DNA of 64,000 nucleotides. Origin: Mariprofundaceae bacterium. GTDB taxonomy: Bacteria > Pseudomonadota > Zetaproteobacteria > Mariprofundales > Mariprofundaceae. Both the position numbers and the translations under genes were made by a program. Each line of letters opens with the position of its first letter. Within the stretch, counting starts at the first letter, position 1. The DNA is taken from positions 6,014 through 70,013 of the forward strand of contig JALUXZ010000070.1 of the NCBI GenBank assembly GCA_027018935.1, given 5' to 3'. Positions 63,167-64,000 of the stretch are shown here, in pieces. The notes under the pieces are model-generated. The model saw only the letters and a program-made list of their open reading frames with translations, was not told where the DNA came from and made no database searches.

Positions 63167-64000
63167 TGCACTCTATTCAGGTTAAAAAGACTCATCATGA
63201 TGCTGGGTTTAGCTTAATTGATATGTCAATTTTGATGGTGTTGATTGGTGGCTTAATCGTCATTGCCATCGGCATTGTGCCTCAATACTTGCAAAAAAAA
63301 TCTTTAGAAGAGAGTAAACAAGCCATCGCTAAGGCAGACCTTGCCGTGCGAGGTTTTGCAGTAAGTCATGGTCGCTTGCCTTGCCCTGCTACCAATGCAG
63401 GGGGCTTTGAAGACTGTACGGTAAGTGTGGGCACACTTCCGTGGAAGACGCTGGACTTAGCATCGGCAAGCAAGGATTCTCAATTTACCAGTCTACGTTA
63501 TGGCGTTTATAACAATGCTGCTGCGAATGCTAACTTAACGGTGCTTCAAAATGATTTTGTTCCTGCAGTGCCTAGCACTGTGACGACTCCAGTTAATTTG
63601 AATGGTTTGGATTTTTGTCAAAGTCTCAAAAATGCTGCAGGAGCGGCTTTTTCAGTGGCATCTGTGAATACAGGTTTGGGGGCATCACAGCGGAATGTTG
63701 CTTATGCTTTAGCTGCATCGGGTTTTGCCAATGCAGATGCGCTTGGTACTGCCTTTGACGGTTTGAATGGAGGGGCAACGCTTGCATTCGGGCAGGTTAA
63801 TCAGGTGCGTTCGCAAAATTATGATGATTTAGTTTTAGTTAGAGATTTTAATACATTATACGACAGCTTGGCATGTGGGCATGTGATTGATTCGTTATCA
63901 GTGATGTCTGAGATTGTGGATTTTTCGGACGTTGTACTTGGCAATGCAATTGAAGCTAGAGATAATCTTATTTTTTCAGTGGTTTTGGATACGATTGGTG
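63166..64000 (+). CDS. Minor pilin-like protein, paralogue of 55009-55782; 3' end outside the window (not in the ORF track)
   Basis: My own translation from ATG 63166 (taATG overlap) has no stop to the window end. It reads MHSIQVKKTHHDAG/FSLIDMSILMVLIGG ... SHGRLPCPATNAGGFEDC ... LRYGVYNN. Position +5 is Asp rather than Glu. Confidence 0.7.
   Translation, partial: MHSIQVKKTHHDAGFSLIDMSILMVLIGGLIVIAIGIVPQYLQKKSLEESKQAIAKADLAVRGFAVSHGRLPCPATNAGGFEDCTVSVGTLPWKTLDLASASKDSQFTSLRYGVYNNAAANANLTVLQNDFVPAVPSTVTTPVNLNGLDFCQSLKNAAGAAFSVASVNTGLGASQRNVAYALAASGFANADALGTAFDGLNGGATLAFGQVNQVRSQNYDDLVLVRDFNTLYDSLACGHVIDSLSVMSEIVDFSDVVLGNAIEARDNLIFSVVLDTIG

Overview
This window is a cell-surface and biofilm region from a moderately AT-rich Gram-negative genome that looks beta- or gamma-proteobacterial. 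No rRNA, tRNA, CRISPR array, prophage or intact IS element was seen.

**Layout**
- **1 to 32 kb:** a Wzx/Wzy-dependent exopolysaccharide or capsule locus. It holds a priming sugar-phosphate transferase, rmlACDB, galE, five glycosyltransferases, three hexapeptide acetyltransferases and an acyltransferase-3. It also holds a methyltransferase, a putative sulfotransferase, a Wzy-like polymerase, a Wzx flippase and a clan-A-like glycoside hydrolase. The export module is an OM beta-barrel, a short Wza-like OPX, a Wzc BY-kinase and a PHP tyrosine phosphatase. A 1273-aa secreted protein with an NHL propeller and about ten Big_2 domains is embedded in this locus.
- **32.7 to 37.4 kb:** a LapG/LapD c-di-GMP-gated periplasmic protease module with no LapA or T1SS nearby. 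It is followed by a 131-aa secreted protein carrying a PAAG di-alanine motif, then a Wzy_C (O-antigen-ligase/PglL-like) gene.
- **38 to 50 kb:** a type II secretion operon, gspCDEF-(two foreign genes, one YidD-like)-GHIJKLM, with a candidate gspN inverted at its end.
- **50.3 kb to the window end:** a second type IV filament locus that resembles MSHA but is not canonical. It has two tandem pilins of about 260 aa, MshI/PilO/PilP-like parts, a lipoprotein secretin and a TPR protein. It also has an ExeA-like ATPase with a peptidoglycan-binding domain, an MshE-like ATPase with tandem MshEN c-di-GMP motifs, a platform protein and Cys-containing minor pilins.

**Repeats:** three MITE-like families with target-site duplications are scattered through the intergenic regions. 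One is a nested MITE-in-MITE insertion, and one sits exactly at the wza stop codon.

**Best candidates for something new:** the hybrid pilus locus, the LapGD / PAAG mini-protein / Wzy_C module, and the YidD paralogue inside the gsp operon.

All calls come from reading the translations and the DNA by eye. No searches were run.
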